Source: an uncultured Thermodesulfobacteriota bacterium
Lineage (GTDB): Bacteria; Desulfobacterota; CAZCTP01
NCBI GenBank assembly: GCA_964501575.1
Contig: CAZCTP010000003.1
Location: 10,384 to 74,383, forward strand
DNA: 64,000 nucleotides
Direction of reading: 5' to 3'
Part shown: piece after piece, positions 40,533 to 50,375 of the stretch
Layout of the letters: every line of letters starts with the position of its first letter
How positions within the stretch are numbered: the stretch's first letter is position 1
Made by a program: the position numbers and the translations under genes
The notes under the pieces: model-generated
What the model saw: only the letters and a program-made list of their open reading frames with translations
The model's database searches: none
What the model was told of the DNA's origin: nothing

Positions 40533-42035
40533 ATGAGATTAATAAAATATAGTGTTATAATTTTAATGATATTTTTATGGGTTAATCCTTCCTATAGTGG
40601 AACAACTTTTACTACAAAAGCAGGGATACTATCTATTGGTGGTTATTTTGAAAATGCGAGTGGTTTAAGGCTTGGGCAGGAGGGTAGAGGCAGATTAACA
40701 ATGTGTAGAACCTCAATTCAGCCTGATATATTCTTTGATACCGGAAAGGGCGTAAGATTCTTTTTAGCTCAAAGACTGGTTAAGGAGACTAAATATACTC
40801 TTGAGGATAAATTGAGAAAGAAAGCAGGATTGCCACCCCTTGAGAGCGATTTTTATGATGAATATGATTCATGGTCTGTAAGAGAGTTATATTTTGATAT
40901 TGATCTTTTGGAAAATTTAAATATAAGGATTGGAAGACAATTGATAACATGGGGTGAGACAGATGTATTTACCCTTTTAGATGTTATTGACCCTCAAGAT
41001 TCAAGCTGGAATCTACCAGGTCTATTCCCTCTTGAAGAAACAAGGCTTCCGTTATCAGGTTTAAGGGCTCTATGGACAATGCCATCAATGGGAATGACGA
41101 CAAACCCTGTATTTGAGTTTGTTTACTTCCCCGGCCTTGATGATTTCAGAGTTAACAAGGGTGCTCCCACAGCAGGAAGATTTCGTCCCCATCCTGAGGA
41201 CAGACCAGGAGCAGCGTTTCCATTTCAGTTTCCTCAGATCCCGCTAAGTGATTGGAGAAGCATTGGAAGGAATGTTGGTGTAAGAACAGTCCTTCCTGAA
41301 AAGCATGGTGATAATGGAAGGGTTGGAGGCAGATTGTATTTCTTTATTGGTAGATGGAATTTCTCTATTGCAGACTATTATACATATAACCTATCTCCTA
41401 ACTTCTATATTGAAAATATAGAAAGGGATGATTTGGGAATTGCAAGGGCTGCCCAGTTTGCTGTTAAATATAAGAGGCAGAATATAGTCGGATTTACCTT
41501 CAATGTTTCTGATGACTATACAAAGGCAACATATAATGGTGAGTTCGCATATTATATAAATAAGCCTTATAATACATATGATCCAAATATTAAAAATGCA
41601 GTTGTTCAGAAGGATACCCTATCCTCTGTGATAAGGATTGAAAGACCAACCTATATTCCACTTCTTCAGCCATATGATCCTACAAGAGAATTTGTTATCT
41701 CATTTCAGTGGTTTCAGGATCTTATTTTGAGTAAGGATGATAATCTCCATTTTCTTATATATAAGACTCCCATTGATAAAGTTACAACAAGGTTGACCCT
41801 TTCTATAGCCACAGGGTATAAGAACGACCAATGGAAACCATCTGTATTCTGGGCGTATGATCCTGATAGGAACAACGGACTGTTTAGAGGGATATTGGAA
41901 TATAATCCCCCCTGGAATGAAAGATATAAGTTGCAGATCCTTTACGAAAACTTCTGGGGTAAGGATTCCTATAACTTCGCTGGTTTCTTCAGAGAAAAGG
42001 ATTCTATATTCTTTAAAATACGGTATCAATTTTAG
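40533..42035 (+). CDS. Secreted/outer-membrane protein, DUF1302-like (putative beta-barrel of hydrophobic-substrate uptake cluster)
   Basis: 500 aa; cleavable signal peptide (MRLIKYSVIILMIFLWVNPSYSG); C-terminal aromatic residue (…KIRYQF); gene order OMP-BNR-RND-DUF1329 matches the known DUF1302/DUF1329 cluster architecture. Family assignment is by context and pattern. Confidence 0.45.
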   Translation: MRLIKYSVIILMIFLWVNPSYSGTTFTTKAGILSIGGYFENASGLRLGQEGRGRLTMCRTSIQPDIFFDTGKGVRFFLAQRLVKETKYTLEDKLRKKAGLPPLESDFYDEYDSWSVRELYFDIDLLENLNIRIGRQLITWGETDVFTLLDVIDPQDSSWNLPGLFPLEETRLPLSGLRALWTMPSMGMTTNPVFEFVYFPGLDDFRVNKGAPTAGRFRPHPEDRPGAAFPFQFPQIPLSDWRSIGRNVGVRTVLPEKHGDNGRVGGRLYFFIGRWNFSIADYYTYNLSPNFYIENIERDDLGIARAAQFAVKYKRQNIVGFTFNVSDDYTKATYNGEFAYYINKPYNTYDPNIKNAVVQKDTLSSVIRIERPTYIPLLQPYDPTREFVISFQWFQDLILSKDDNLHFLIYKTPIDKVTTRLTLSIATGYKNDQWKPSVFWAYDPDRNNGLFRGILEYNPPWNERYKLQILYENFWGKDSYNFAGFFREKDSIFFKIRYQF

Positions 42036-42050
42036 TAAGAAGGATAGAAA

Positions 42051-43067
42051 ATGGAATTTAAGAGAGTATCTATTCTATTAATGATGGTTCTCCTTCTCTT
42101 AATGAATTTCAGGATAGTCCGTGCCTCTGATAGAATTGTAAGATATTATGACAATCTGTATGATGTTGAAATAGTGGGAAAGAATATATGGGCTGTGGGT
42201 TATTATGGAACCATACTTTATTCAAAGGATGGTGGTGAAAACTGGACTATTCAGAAAAGTCCAACAAAGAATCCCTTATTCAGGGTAGAATTTCTCGATG
42301 GATCAAATGGATGGATTGTCGGAAATTATGGGACAATTTTGCATACCTCAGATGGTGGAAGAAGCTGGAATATTCAGAAGAGTGGAACAAATAACCATCT
42401 ATTTGGTATCTCTTTTATAAACCCGGTAAAAGGATGGGTTGTAGGAGAGATGGGAACCATTCTTCATACCGATGATGGTGGTAAGAGCTGGATTGACCAA
42501 TCATTAAAGAATGAAGATATCATTCTAAATAGTATATGCTTTATTGATGAGGAAAATGGATGGATAGGAGGGGAATTCGGGGTTATATATGCTACAAAAG
42601 ATGGAGGCAGGAGCTGGATTAAGCAGAATAGTCCGGTAGAGGTTGGAAGATTTTCAGGGATTAGCCAGGTTATAAATAAGATTTGCTTCAATGATTTAAA
42701 AAGAGGATGGGCTGTAGGTTTAGATGGTGTTATTCTCAAGACAGAGGATGGAGGTAATAGCTGGAGGATTGTTGATAAAAAGGGGATATCCAAGCATGAG
42801 ATGGCAAGGAGTTATCTTTTAGACCTTACAAGTAACAGTGAAGATATATGGGCTGTTGGTTTAAGGGGAGCAATAATCTTCAGCAAGAATGAAGGTAAAG
42901 AATGGCATGTTATGGACTTAGGATACAGATTCCATCTAAATGGTATAGATATGAATAAAAAAGGACTTGGAATTATAGTTGGAGATAAAGGGTTTATTCT
43001 TAGAACCTTAGACGGTGGGAAAAGCTGGGATGTTATAAAACTTGAGGGAAGAGGAGAGAGAAAATGA
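42051..43067 (+). CDS. BNR/Ycf48-like beta-propeller repeat protein, secreted
   Basis: 338 aa; signal peptide; six to seven repeats of the DGG(K/R)SW BNR/Asp-box motif. Confidence 0.65.
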   Translation: MEFKRVSILLMMVLLLLMNFRIVRASDRIVRYYDNLYDVEIVGKNIWAVGYYGTILYSKDGGENWTIQKSPTKNPLFRVEFLDGSNGWIVGNYGTILHTSDGGRSWNIQKSGTNNHLFGISFINPVKGWVVGEMGTILHTDDGGKSWIDQSLKNEDIILNSICFIDEENGWIGGEFGVIYATKDGGRSWIKQNSPVEVGRFSGISQVINKICFNDLKRGWAVGLDGVILKTEDGGNSWRIVDKKGISKHEMARSYLLDLTSNSEDIWAVGLRGAIIFSKNEGKEWHVMDLGYRFHLNGIDMNKKGLGIIVGDKGFILRTLDGGKSWDVIKLEGRGERK

Positions 43068-45370
43068 AAATATTAGCCACTTTTATTATAAAATATCGCT
43101 TGCCAATCCTGACTGTAATAGTTCTAATTACCCTATTCTTTGCTTATCAAATACTCCATATAGAGATGTATACGGTCTTTGAAGACCTTCTTCCTTCAAA
43201 TCATCCATATATAAAGATGCATAGAGAGTTTAAGGATATATTTGGAGGGGCAAACCTTGTTCTTATATCAATTGAGGTAAAAAAAGGGAATATATTTAAT
43301 TACGATATCCTCTATAAGGTTAAGAAGATGACAGAGGCTGTTGAGATGTGCCATGGGGTGAATAACTATTTAATATACTCCATTGCAAGGCAGAAGGTTA
43401 AGGATATGAAGGCAACATCATGGGGGATTGAGATACAGCCTGTAATGTTTCCGAATCCACCGAAAACCAAGGAAGGTATGGAAGAACTTAAGAATGTTAT
43501 ATACTCCAATGATACAATATTTGGTAAGCTTGTTTCCCTTGACAGCAAGGCTGCTTTAATAACAGCCTCATTTATGGAGAAGAGGCTCGACTATAAATAT
43601 ATATTTGACCATATAATGAGGGCAGCGGATTCACTAAAAGATGAGAATACAATAATTAATGTTGCTGGTGAACCCATATTATATGGATGGATGTATTATC
43701 ATCTAAGGGAAATATCTGTAATATTTATTATTACCATCTCTACTATAGTTCTTCTACTAATCCTTTACTTTAGAAATATACCTGGTGTTATTATACCCAT
43801 GCTTTCTCTTATAGTTACAGCTATATGGGGTGTAGGATTTAATGGCGTTATGGGGTATAACTTTGATCCATTAATCCTTGTAGTTCCATTCCTTATATCT
43901 GCAAGGACAGTCAGTCACTCTGTTCAGATGACTTCTCGATTCTTTGAAGAATATGTTAGATCGGGTGATAGAAAAGAATCAGCGAGGATATCCATTGAAG
44001 GTTTACTGATCCCTGGATTAACATCCATAATAACAGATGCATTTGGTATTCTTGTTATTATTATTGCTCCCATACCAATCCTGGTGAGATTGGGTGTTGT
44101 TGGAACATTCTGGATAATAACGAATATTGTGAGTGTTCTTATATTAGCTCCTATCATATTTACATATATTCCGGTTCCTAAAAAGATAAGAGAGGAAAAG
44201 AGTGAAGATCTCCTTGGGAGAACCCTGTATAGAGCTGGAAAGGGATGCTTTGGGTTTCCACGATTTGGTATAGTAGGAGCAGCTATAATCATTGTTATAT
44301 GGTCTTCATGGAATGTAAGATATCTGACAATAGGGGATTCTCGCCCCGGTTCCCCTTTATTATGGCCAGATGCTCCTTTTAATCTCAGCACAAAGCATAT
44401 AAATGATAAGTTTCCAGGAACAAACCAGTTGATAATATTTGTAAAAGGGAAACATGAAAATACAATAAAATCTCCTGCTTTATTGTACAAGATGGAGGAA
44501 TTTGAAAGGTATTTAAGGAGATATTCAAAGGTTGGTGGAACAGAGTCTATAATAAATCTTGGTAAGAGGGCATATATGGTATTTCATAACGATGATCCAA
44601 GATGGAGATTCCTGTGTAAATCCAGGAATGATATGGGCAATATCTTCTATTTAGCCCAGGAAGGAACAGAGCCTGGGGACTTAGATAAATGGGTAAATTA
44701 TAACTGGCAGCATGGAACTATTATAGCCTATTTAAAGGACCATAAGGGAGATACTATAAGGGAGATTATAGGTAGAGCAAAGAGATTCATTGATAAAAAT
44801 CCAGTTAAAGATGCAGAATGGAAGCTTGCTGGTGGTCTTATAGGTATAGTCGCTGCAGGGAACGAAGTTATTGCAAAAGCCCATGAGTGGAATCTATTCC
44901 TTATACTATTTATAACCTTCCTATGCTGTGCAATAGGCTATAGGTCTATTATTGGTGGTATACTATTTATAGTATCTACATCAATAGCCAATTTTACCAC
45001 CTTGGCTATAATGGCATATTATAACCTTGGTTTAAATGTTAATACAATCCCTGTTGTGACATTAGGTATAGGATTGGGGGTTGATTATGGTCTCTATGTT
45101 GTAAGCAGAATAAAGGAGGAATATGAAATATCTAAGGATTTGAAGATCGCTATTCCCCTGGCTATATCCACTGCTGGTAAGGCTGTTCTATTTACAGCAT
45201 TAACAATAACAGCAGGTATTATATTCTGGTGGTTTTCACCCCTTAGGTTCCAGGCTGAGATGGGGGGGCTTTTGACAATAGTACTTCTCTTTAATATGCT
45301 CGGGGGTATGTTTCTACTTCCGGCACTTATATATATTATAAAACCAAAATTTGTTATTGGAAGGGGGTGA
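43064..45370 (+). CDS. RND-superfamily exporter (MMPL/'predicted exporter of the RND superfamily' type)
   Basis: 768 aa; two 6-TM bundles each preceded by a large extracytoplasmic loop; sterol-sensing-domain-like TM region. Confidence 0.75.
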   Translation: MKILATFIIKYRLPILTVIVLITLFFAYQILHIEMYTVFEDLLPSNHPYIKMHREFKDIFGGANLVLISIEVKKGNIFNYDILYKVKKMTEAVEMCHGVNNYLIYSIARQKVKDMKATSWGIEIQPVMFPNPPKTKEGMEELKNVIYSNDTIFGKLVSLDSKAALITASFMEKRLDYKYIFDHIMRAADSLKDENTIINVAGEPILYGWMYYHLREISVIFIITISTIVLLLILYFRNIPGVIIPMLSLIVTAIWGVGFNGVMGYNFDPLILVVPFLISARTVSHSVQMTSRFFEEYVRSGDRKESARISIEGLLIPGLTSIITDAFGILVIIIAPIPILVRLGVVGTFWIITNIVSVLILAPIIFTYIPVPKKIREEKSEDLLGRTLYRAGKGCFGFPRFGIVGAAIIIVIWSSWNVRYLTIGDSRPGSPLLWPDAPFNLSTKHINDKFPGTNQLIIFVKGKHENTIKSPALLYKMEEFERYLRRYSKVGGTESIINLGKRAYMVFHNDDPRWRFLCKSRNDMGNIFYLAQEGTEPGDLDKWVNYNWQHGTIIAYLKDHKGDTIREIIGRAKRFIDKNPVKDAEWKLAGGLIGIVAAGNEVIAKAHEWNLFLILFITFLCCAIGYRSIIGGILFIVSTSIANFTTLAIMAYYNLGLNVNTIPVVTLGIGLGVDYGLYVVSRIKEEYEISKDLKIAIPLAISTAGKAVLFTALTITAGIIFWWFSPLRFQAEMGGLLTIVLLFNMLGGMFLLPALIYIIKPKFVIGRG

Positions 45371-45459
45371 GGGAAGTCAATTAAGAATTATGAATTAGGA
45401 ATTATGAATTATGAGTTATTATTAAGCAGGAAGTAAAAAATATAAAGAAGGAGGTTTAT

Positions 45460-46716
45460 ATGAAAAAATCAAAATATTTCGTTATTCCTTTTATAATTTT
45501 ATCCTTTATTTTTCTTCTTAATACGAGAAGGGGCTTTGCGGATGTTAAGCCAGGGGATGTTATAGGTCCAAATAACTGGGAGAAAGTTAAAGACCTATTT
45601 TTACCATGGATGTTAGGGCAGATAAAAAAAGGCTGGACAATAAAGATAAGAAAGACAGAGCCTATTCTCCCCACATTTTCAAAGGGATACTTAGAGGCAA
45701 CCCGGAAGTATGCAGGGCAGGCAAAGATAGGGCTCAATGATGGGTTGCTTAACTATAAAGGTGGCCTTCCATTTCCGAAGATAGACCCCGATGACCCTCA
45801 AGCTGGAATAAAGATTATGTATAACTTCTACTGGAGATGGACAGGAGATGATAAGGTTCTCGCTGTTGATAAAACCGGAAAGAGAATAGTACCCTGGAGG
45901 AGATGGGTTATTGATAGGCACGGAAATGAGATAACTGCAGATACATATGGATATTTTTTGAAAGCGAGTGCAAGAACAGATATACCTCCAATATCTGCTT
46001 TTAAAGGAAAGGAGCATATAGAGAGTTATAGTATGTGGATAAATGTATGGCCAAGGGATTCATCGGGAACGGTTGTCTTTTATTACAGATATTATGATCC
46101 TAAAAAATGGGATGACCAGTGGATATTTATACCGAGTATAAGAAGAGTAAGAAGATGGCCAACATCTCAGAGATGTTCAACAAAAGCTCCAACAGACTAT
46201 ATATGGGATGATAACTGGGGATGGGATTCAAAGGTAAGCCTTTTTAAATATAAACTTCTTGGTGAAAAGAAGATGTTAACCATATTTCATGGAAAGCATA
46301 TTCCATATAAGAAGAAGAAAGGTTCTCCATGGTTGCTGGATGAAGAGTTTGAAGTAAGGGACTGTTATGTTGTTGAGATAACTGCAAAGGATCCAAACTA
46401 CTGCTATAGAAGACAGGTATACTATGTAGACAAAGAGAGTTTTCATGGAGTTGCAAAGGAGGTGTATGACAGGAAAAATGAATACTGGAAAGAGATGTTA
46501 ATGTTTGGAACCAATTATGAATATCCTGATGGAAGGAAATTCTGGGGGATTTTAGGATCTATATTTGTAAATGTTCAGACAGAACATATAAATATAAACT
46601 GCCCTTCTGAATCTGGGGCTACAATATATTATAATATAGGACTTACTCCAAAGTTCTTTACCCTATCTCAGATGCAGCAATTTCAGAGAGGGATGGGTTA
46701 TGTGAAGATTAAGTGA
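45460..46716 (+). CDS. Secreted protein, DUF1329-like (partner of DUF1302-like protein)
   Basis: 418 aa; signal peptide MKKSKYFVIPFIILSFIFLLNTRRGFADV; paralog at 61160..62233. Confidence 0.45.
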   Translation: MKKSKYFVIPFIILSFIFLLNTRRGFADVKPGDVIGPNNWEKVKDLFLPWMLGQIKKGWTIKIRKTEPILPTFSKGYLEATRKYAGQAKIGLNDGLLNYKGGLPFPKIDPDDPQAGIKIMYNFYWRWTGDDKVLAVDKTGKRIVPWRRWVIDRHGNEITADTYGYFLKASARTDIPPISAFKGKEHIESYSMWINVWPRDSSGTVVFYYRYYDPKKWDDQWIFIPSIRRVRRWPTSQRCSTKAPTDYIWDDNWGWDSKVSLFKYKLLGEKKMLTIFHGKHIPYKKKKGSPWLLDEEFEVRDCYVVEITAKDPNYCYRRQVYYVDKESFHGVAKEVYDRKNEYWKEMLMFGTNYEYPDGRKFWGILGSIFVNVQTEHININCPSESGATIYYNIGLTPKFFTLSQMQQFQRGMGYVKIK

Positions 46717-46742
46717 GAGAAGGTTTAAAGTAGAGGATAAAG

Positions 46743-47525
46743 GTGAGGCTCAAGGATAGGGTAGCAATAGTAACAGGTGGCGGGACTGGTATTGGTAAAG
46801 CTATTGCTCTTGGCTTTGCAAGGGAGGGAGCAGATGTTGTAATTGCCCAGAGGAGGATGGAACTGGCAGAAAAAACAGCAGAGGAGATAAAAGTTATAGG
46901 CAGAAGAGCAATTGCTATTAAGACTGACATCTCTATAATTAGAGATGTCAATAACTTGGTTGATAGGACTATAGAGAATTTTGGTAAGATAGACATCCTC
47001 GTAAACAATGCATCTCTATTTCCTGGGGGTTCATTTTTAGAAATATCAGAAGAGGAACTGGATAGAGTGTTTTCAGTAAATCTTAAGGGGACATTTCTTT
47101 TAACCCAGAGAGTCGCTAAGGAGATGACCAGTAGAAGGAAGGGGAAGATAATAAATATATCTTCGGGCCGTTCCATTGTTGGGATACCCGGGCTTACCCA
47201 TTATACTGTTACAAAAGGAGGGATTAATGCATTTACGAGGGGACTGGCTGCAGAACTCGGTCCCTATGGAATAAATGTAAATGCTATTGTTTGTGGGTTT
47301 GTACCTGATACGGACGGGGTTAATGCTCTGTTTTCCTCTCTGGGTGAAGGGCTCTCCAGAAAGATCCTTGAAACTCAGATATTACAAACAGCCTTGAAAA
47401 GGTTCGGAAAGCCAGATGATTTTGTGGGTATTGCTGTCTATTTAGCAAGCGATGAAAGTAATTTTATAACGGCAGAGTGTATAACCGTGGATGGAGGCTT
47501 AGCTTATACTCGGATGAGATGGTAG
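46743..47525 (+). CDS. Short-chain dehydrogenase/reductase (FabG-like)
   Basis: 260 aa; TGGGTGIGKAIA Rossmann motif, NNAS, catalytic YTVTK (YxxxK). Confidence 0.85.
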   Translation: MRLKDRVAIVTGGGTGIGKAIALGFAREGADVVIAQRRMELAEKTAEEIKVIGRRAIAIKTDISIIRDVNNLVDRTIENFGKIDILVNNASLFPGGSFLEISEEELDRVFSVNLKGTFLLTQRVAKEMTSRRKGKIINISSGRSIVGIPGLTHYTVTKGGINAFTRGLAAELGPYGINVNAIVCGFVPDTDGVNALFSSLGEGLSRKILETQILQTALKRFGKPDDFVGIAVYLASDESNFITAECITVDGGLAYTRMRW

Positions 47526-47609
47526 ATATAAGGAATAAATGGAAGGGTTTTTTTGTTTGTAGGAAAGAGTATTAACTTAACTCTTAAACCTTTAATATAA
47601 GGAGGTAAA

Positions 47610-47998
47610 ATGGCAAGAGAAGCAGTAATAAAGGAAATAATAGCTCCAAGGGAGGTTCAGGGTGAGCCTTCAACTGAAAGATCAAGACTTGTAAGGGAGA
47701 GATATCTAAAGGCAGAGCTTGAAGTAGATCCTGAAAGGGCGGATCTCTATACAAAATCATGTAAGGAAACATAGGGAGAGCCTCTTGAAATAAGGAGAGG
47801 TAAGGCATTCAAATATATTATAGGTGGCATATACAGTTCAATGTAGTTGATACAAAGATGCTGAGGGATGCACAGAGGAATCCTGATAAATACAGGGGTC
47901 TTATTGTAAGGGTTGCAGGATTCAGTGCCTACTGGGTTGAGCTTTCTAAAGCAGTGCAGGATGAAGTTATAGCAAGAACTGAGTATGAGACATGCTAA
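47610..47998 (+). pseudogene. Glycyl radical enzyme remnant: GRE1-type N-terminus (about 70 aa) fused to C-terminal glycyl-radical motif segment, with an in-frame stop and about 700 codons deleted
   Basis: Begins with the same SD + ATGGCAAGAGAAGCAGTA as GRE1 (MAREAVIKEIIAPREVQGEPSTERSRLVRERYLKAE...), TAG at 47772-47774, then at about 47840 jumps to sequence about 90% identical to the last about 160 nt of GRE1 ([55 protein letters not shown]), out of frame. Confidence 0.75.
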
Positions 47999-48053
47999 AG
48001 AGGCAATAGGTAAGAGGTGATAGGTAAGAAATTATGAGATGAGGAAATAAAGA

Positions 48054-50345
48054 ATGAAAAGATACTCTGTGATTGGTAAAAGTTTGCCTATGGTGGATAG
48101 TATACCAAAGGTTACCGGGGAGGCTAAATATTCTATCGATATATTTTTACCAGGGATGCTACATGGGAAGATTCTAAGGAGTCCCTGTCCCCACGCAAGA
48201 ATTCTTAATATAGATGTCAGTGAGGCTAATAAACTTTCTGGGGTGAAGGCTATAATAACCGGTAGAGAAACCCTGGGAATAAAACGTAGCTTCTTTTCTA
48301 ACCCACCCCAGTATGATGATGAGTTTCCATTAGCTATAGATAGGGTCAGATATATTGGTGATCCATTGGCTGCAGTGGCTGCAGTAAATGAATATATAGC
48401 TGAAGAGGCATTAGAGCTTATTAAAGTAGAATATGAGGTATTACCTGCTTTCTTTTCTCCTGAGGAGGCTATGGAAGAGGGGGCTCCAATGATTCATGAG
48501 CATGTTAAGAATAATATAGCCCACCAACTCCATCTTGATTTTGGTGATATAGATAATGGTTTTAGTCAATCTGATTATATCCGTGAGGATAGATTCATTT
48601 CCAATCCCCTTCATCAGGGTTTTCTTGAACCTCATATCTCTGTAGCATCCTATGATTCTATGGGTGAATTGACTATCTGGACCTCTACTCAAATACCATT
48701 TTCCCTTAGAAGTGAATTATCTAAAACACTGGGAGTGAAAGAAGGGATGATAAGGGTAATTAAACCCTATGTGGGTGGGGCTCATTGTAGCAAATTAGAG
48801 TTACTTGCCCACCATTTCTGTTCGGCTCTCCTTTCAAAGAAGACAGGGAAGCCAGTAAAGATAGAGTTGACAAGGGAAGAAGTTTTTCAAATCAATAGAG
48901 GATCCCATCCTGTTACTATTGATCTAAAAACAGGGGTTAAGAAGGATGGAACTCTGATGGCTCAATATGCTAAGCTTATCGCTGATGCTGGAGCATATTT
49001 AAGCGCTGGATTGCTTCTAAATATCCTTTCAGGCCTTTTTATCTCCCTGCCTTATAAAATAGATAACTTTCGCTATGATGGATACATTGTATATACAAAT
49101 AACCCTGTCTGTGCAACTCAAAGAGCAATGGGATTGATTCAGATGCGCTTTGCAATTGATTCTCAACTGGATATAATTGCCAGGAACTTAGGAATAGACA
49201 TTAAAGATTTAATGATCAAGAATGCTGTTACCAGTGGGTATACTACTATAACTAAAAATAAGATATCAAGCTGTGGTCTTATAGAATGTATACAAAAAAC
49301 TGAAGAAAGTTCTTACTGGAGGGAAAGGCATAGTAAATTATTAAATAATAATAGAGGACTGGGAATAGGATGCGGATTCTGTACCTCAGGGGTAAAGGGG
49401 ACCAAGGTAACAGGGGATACCTGGGCTAAGTTAAAGATAGATTCAGATGGCATAGTTACTCTATTTACAGGGGCTTCAGATCTCGGCCAGGGAAGCAATA
49501 CTATTTTATCCCAGATAGTCGCTGAGGAACTGGGTATAGATTTAAAAAATATAAAAATAATCTCTGCAGACACAAAGATTACTCCAACAACTCCTGGAAG
49601 CTTTGGAAGCAGGGTTACCTTCCAGGTAGGAAATGCTGTAAAGCTGGCTGCTGCCGATGCAAAAAGGATTCTTCTAAGAACCGCTGCTAAAAAATTAAAG
49701 GTAAAATATGAATTCTTAGATATCAAAGATAATCGTATCTTTGTTAAGAATTTTCCAGATAGAGCCATATCTTTTTTAGATGCTGTTCGGGTATCTCTCG
49801 AATACCAACAGAGAAGAGATTCTATAATAGGCGAAGGATATTATACCCCTCCTGGTGAAATGCCGGATCCAGACACCTATGAGGGGAATATCGCTTCAGC
49901 CTTTAGCTTTGGGACAACAATAGCTGAAGTGGAGGCTGATCCTGAAACAGGAAGAGTTAATGTATTAAAAATAACTCATTCCCATGACTGCGGTTTTCCG
50001 ATAAATCCTATGGCAGTTGAAGGTCAGATTGAAGGTCAGGTAGCTTTTGGATTGGGACAGGCTTTATATGAAGAGCGTATTTTAGAAAATGGATTAATGG
50101 TCAATCCTTCTTTCTTGGGATATAAGATCCCTATAGCTTCAGAAATGCCGAGTGTAAATTCTATATTAATAGAAACCCATGATCCTAACGGGCCTTTTGG
50201 AGCTAAAGAATGCGGTGAGGGACCTCAAACTTCTGTAGTTCCAGCTATAGCCAATGCTATCTATAATGCAATCGGTATAAGGATTAAAGATTTACCCATA
50301 ACCCCTGAAAAGATATTGAAGGGATTGGAAGAAAAAAGCCTGTGA
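48054..50345 (+). CDS. Xanthine dehydrogenase/aldehyde oxidase-family molybdopterin-binding large subunit (CoxL/HcrA-like), no adjacent FeS or FAD subunit genes
   Basis: 763 aa; N-terminal a/b-hammerhead domain (SVIGKSLPMVDSIPKVTGEAKYSID...), MoCo-binding domains. Confidence 0.8.
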   Translation: MKRYSVIGKSLPMVDSIPKVTGEAKYSIDIFLPGMLHGKILRSPCPHARILNIDVSEANKLSGVKAIITGRETLGIKRSFFSNPPQYDDEFPLAIDRVRYIGDPLAAVAAVNEYIAEEALELIKVEYEVLPAFFSPEEAMEEGAPMIHEHVKNNIAHQLHLDFGDIDNGFSQSDYIREDRFISNPLHQGFLEPHISVASYDSMGELTIWTSTQIPFSLRSELSKTLGVKEGMIRVIKPYVGGAHCSKLELLAHHFCSALLSKKTGKPVKIELTREEVFQINRGSHPVTIDLKTGVKKDGTLMAQYAKLIADAGAYLSAGLLLNILSGLFISLPYKIDNFRYDGYIVYTNNPVCATQRAMGLIQMRFAIDSQLDIIARNLGIDIKDLMIKNAVTSGYTTITKNKISSCGLIECIQKTEESSYWRERHSKLLNNNRGLGIGCGFCTSGVKGTKVTGDTWAKLKIDSDGIVTLFTGASDLGQGSNTILSQIVAEELGIDLKNIKIISADTKITPTTPGSFGSRVTFQVGNAVKLAAADAKRILLRTAAKKLKVKYEFLDIKDNRIFVKNFPDRAISFLDAVRVSLEYQQRRDSIIGEGYYTPPGEMPDPDTYEGNIASAFSFGTTIAEVEADPETGRVNVLKITHSHDCGFPINPMAVEGQIEGQVAFGLGQALYEERILENGLMVNPSFLGYKIPIASEMPSVNSILIETHDPNGPFGAKECGEGPQTSVVPAIANAIYNAIGIRIKDLPITPEKILKGLEEKSL

Positions 50346-50375
50346 CCGGGTTGAAAATATAAAAGGGAGTTTAGA

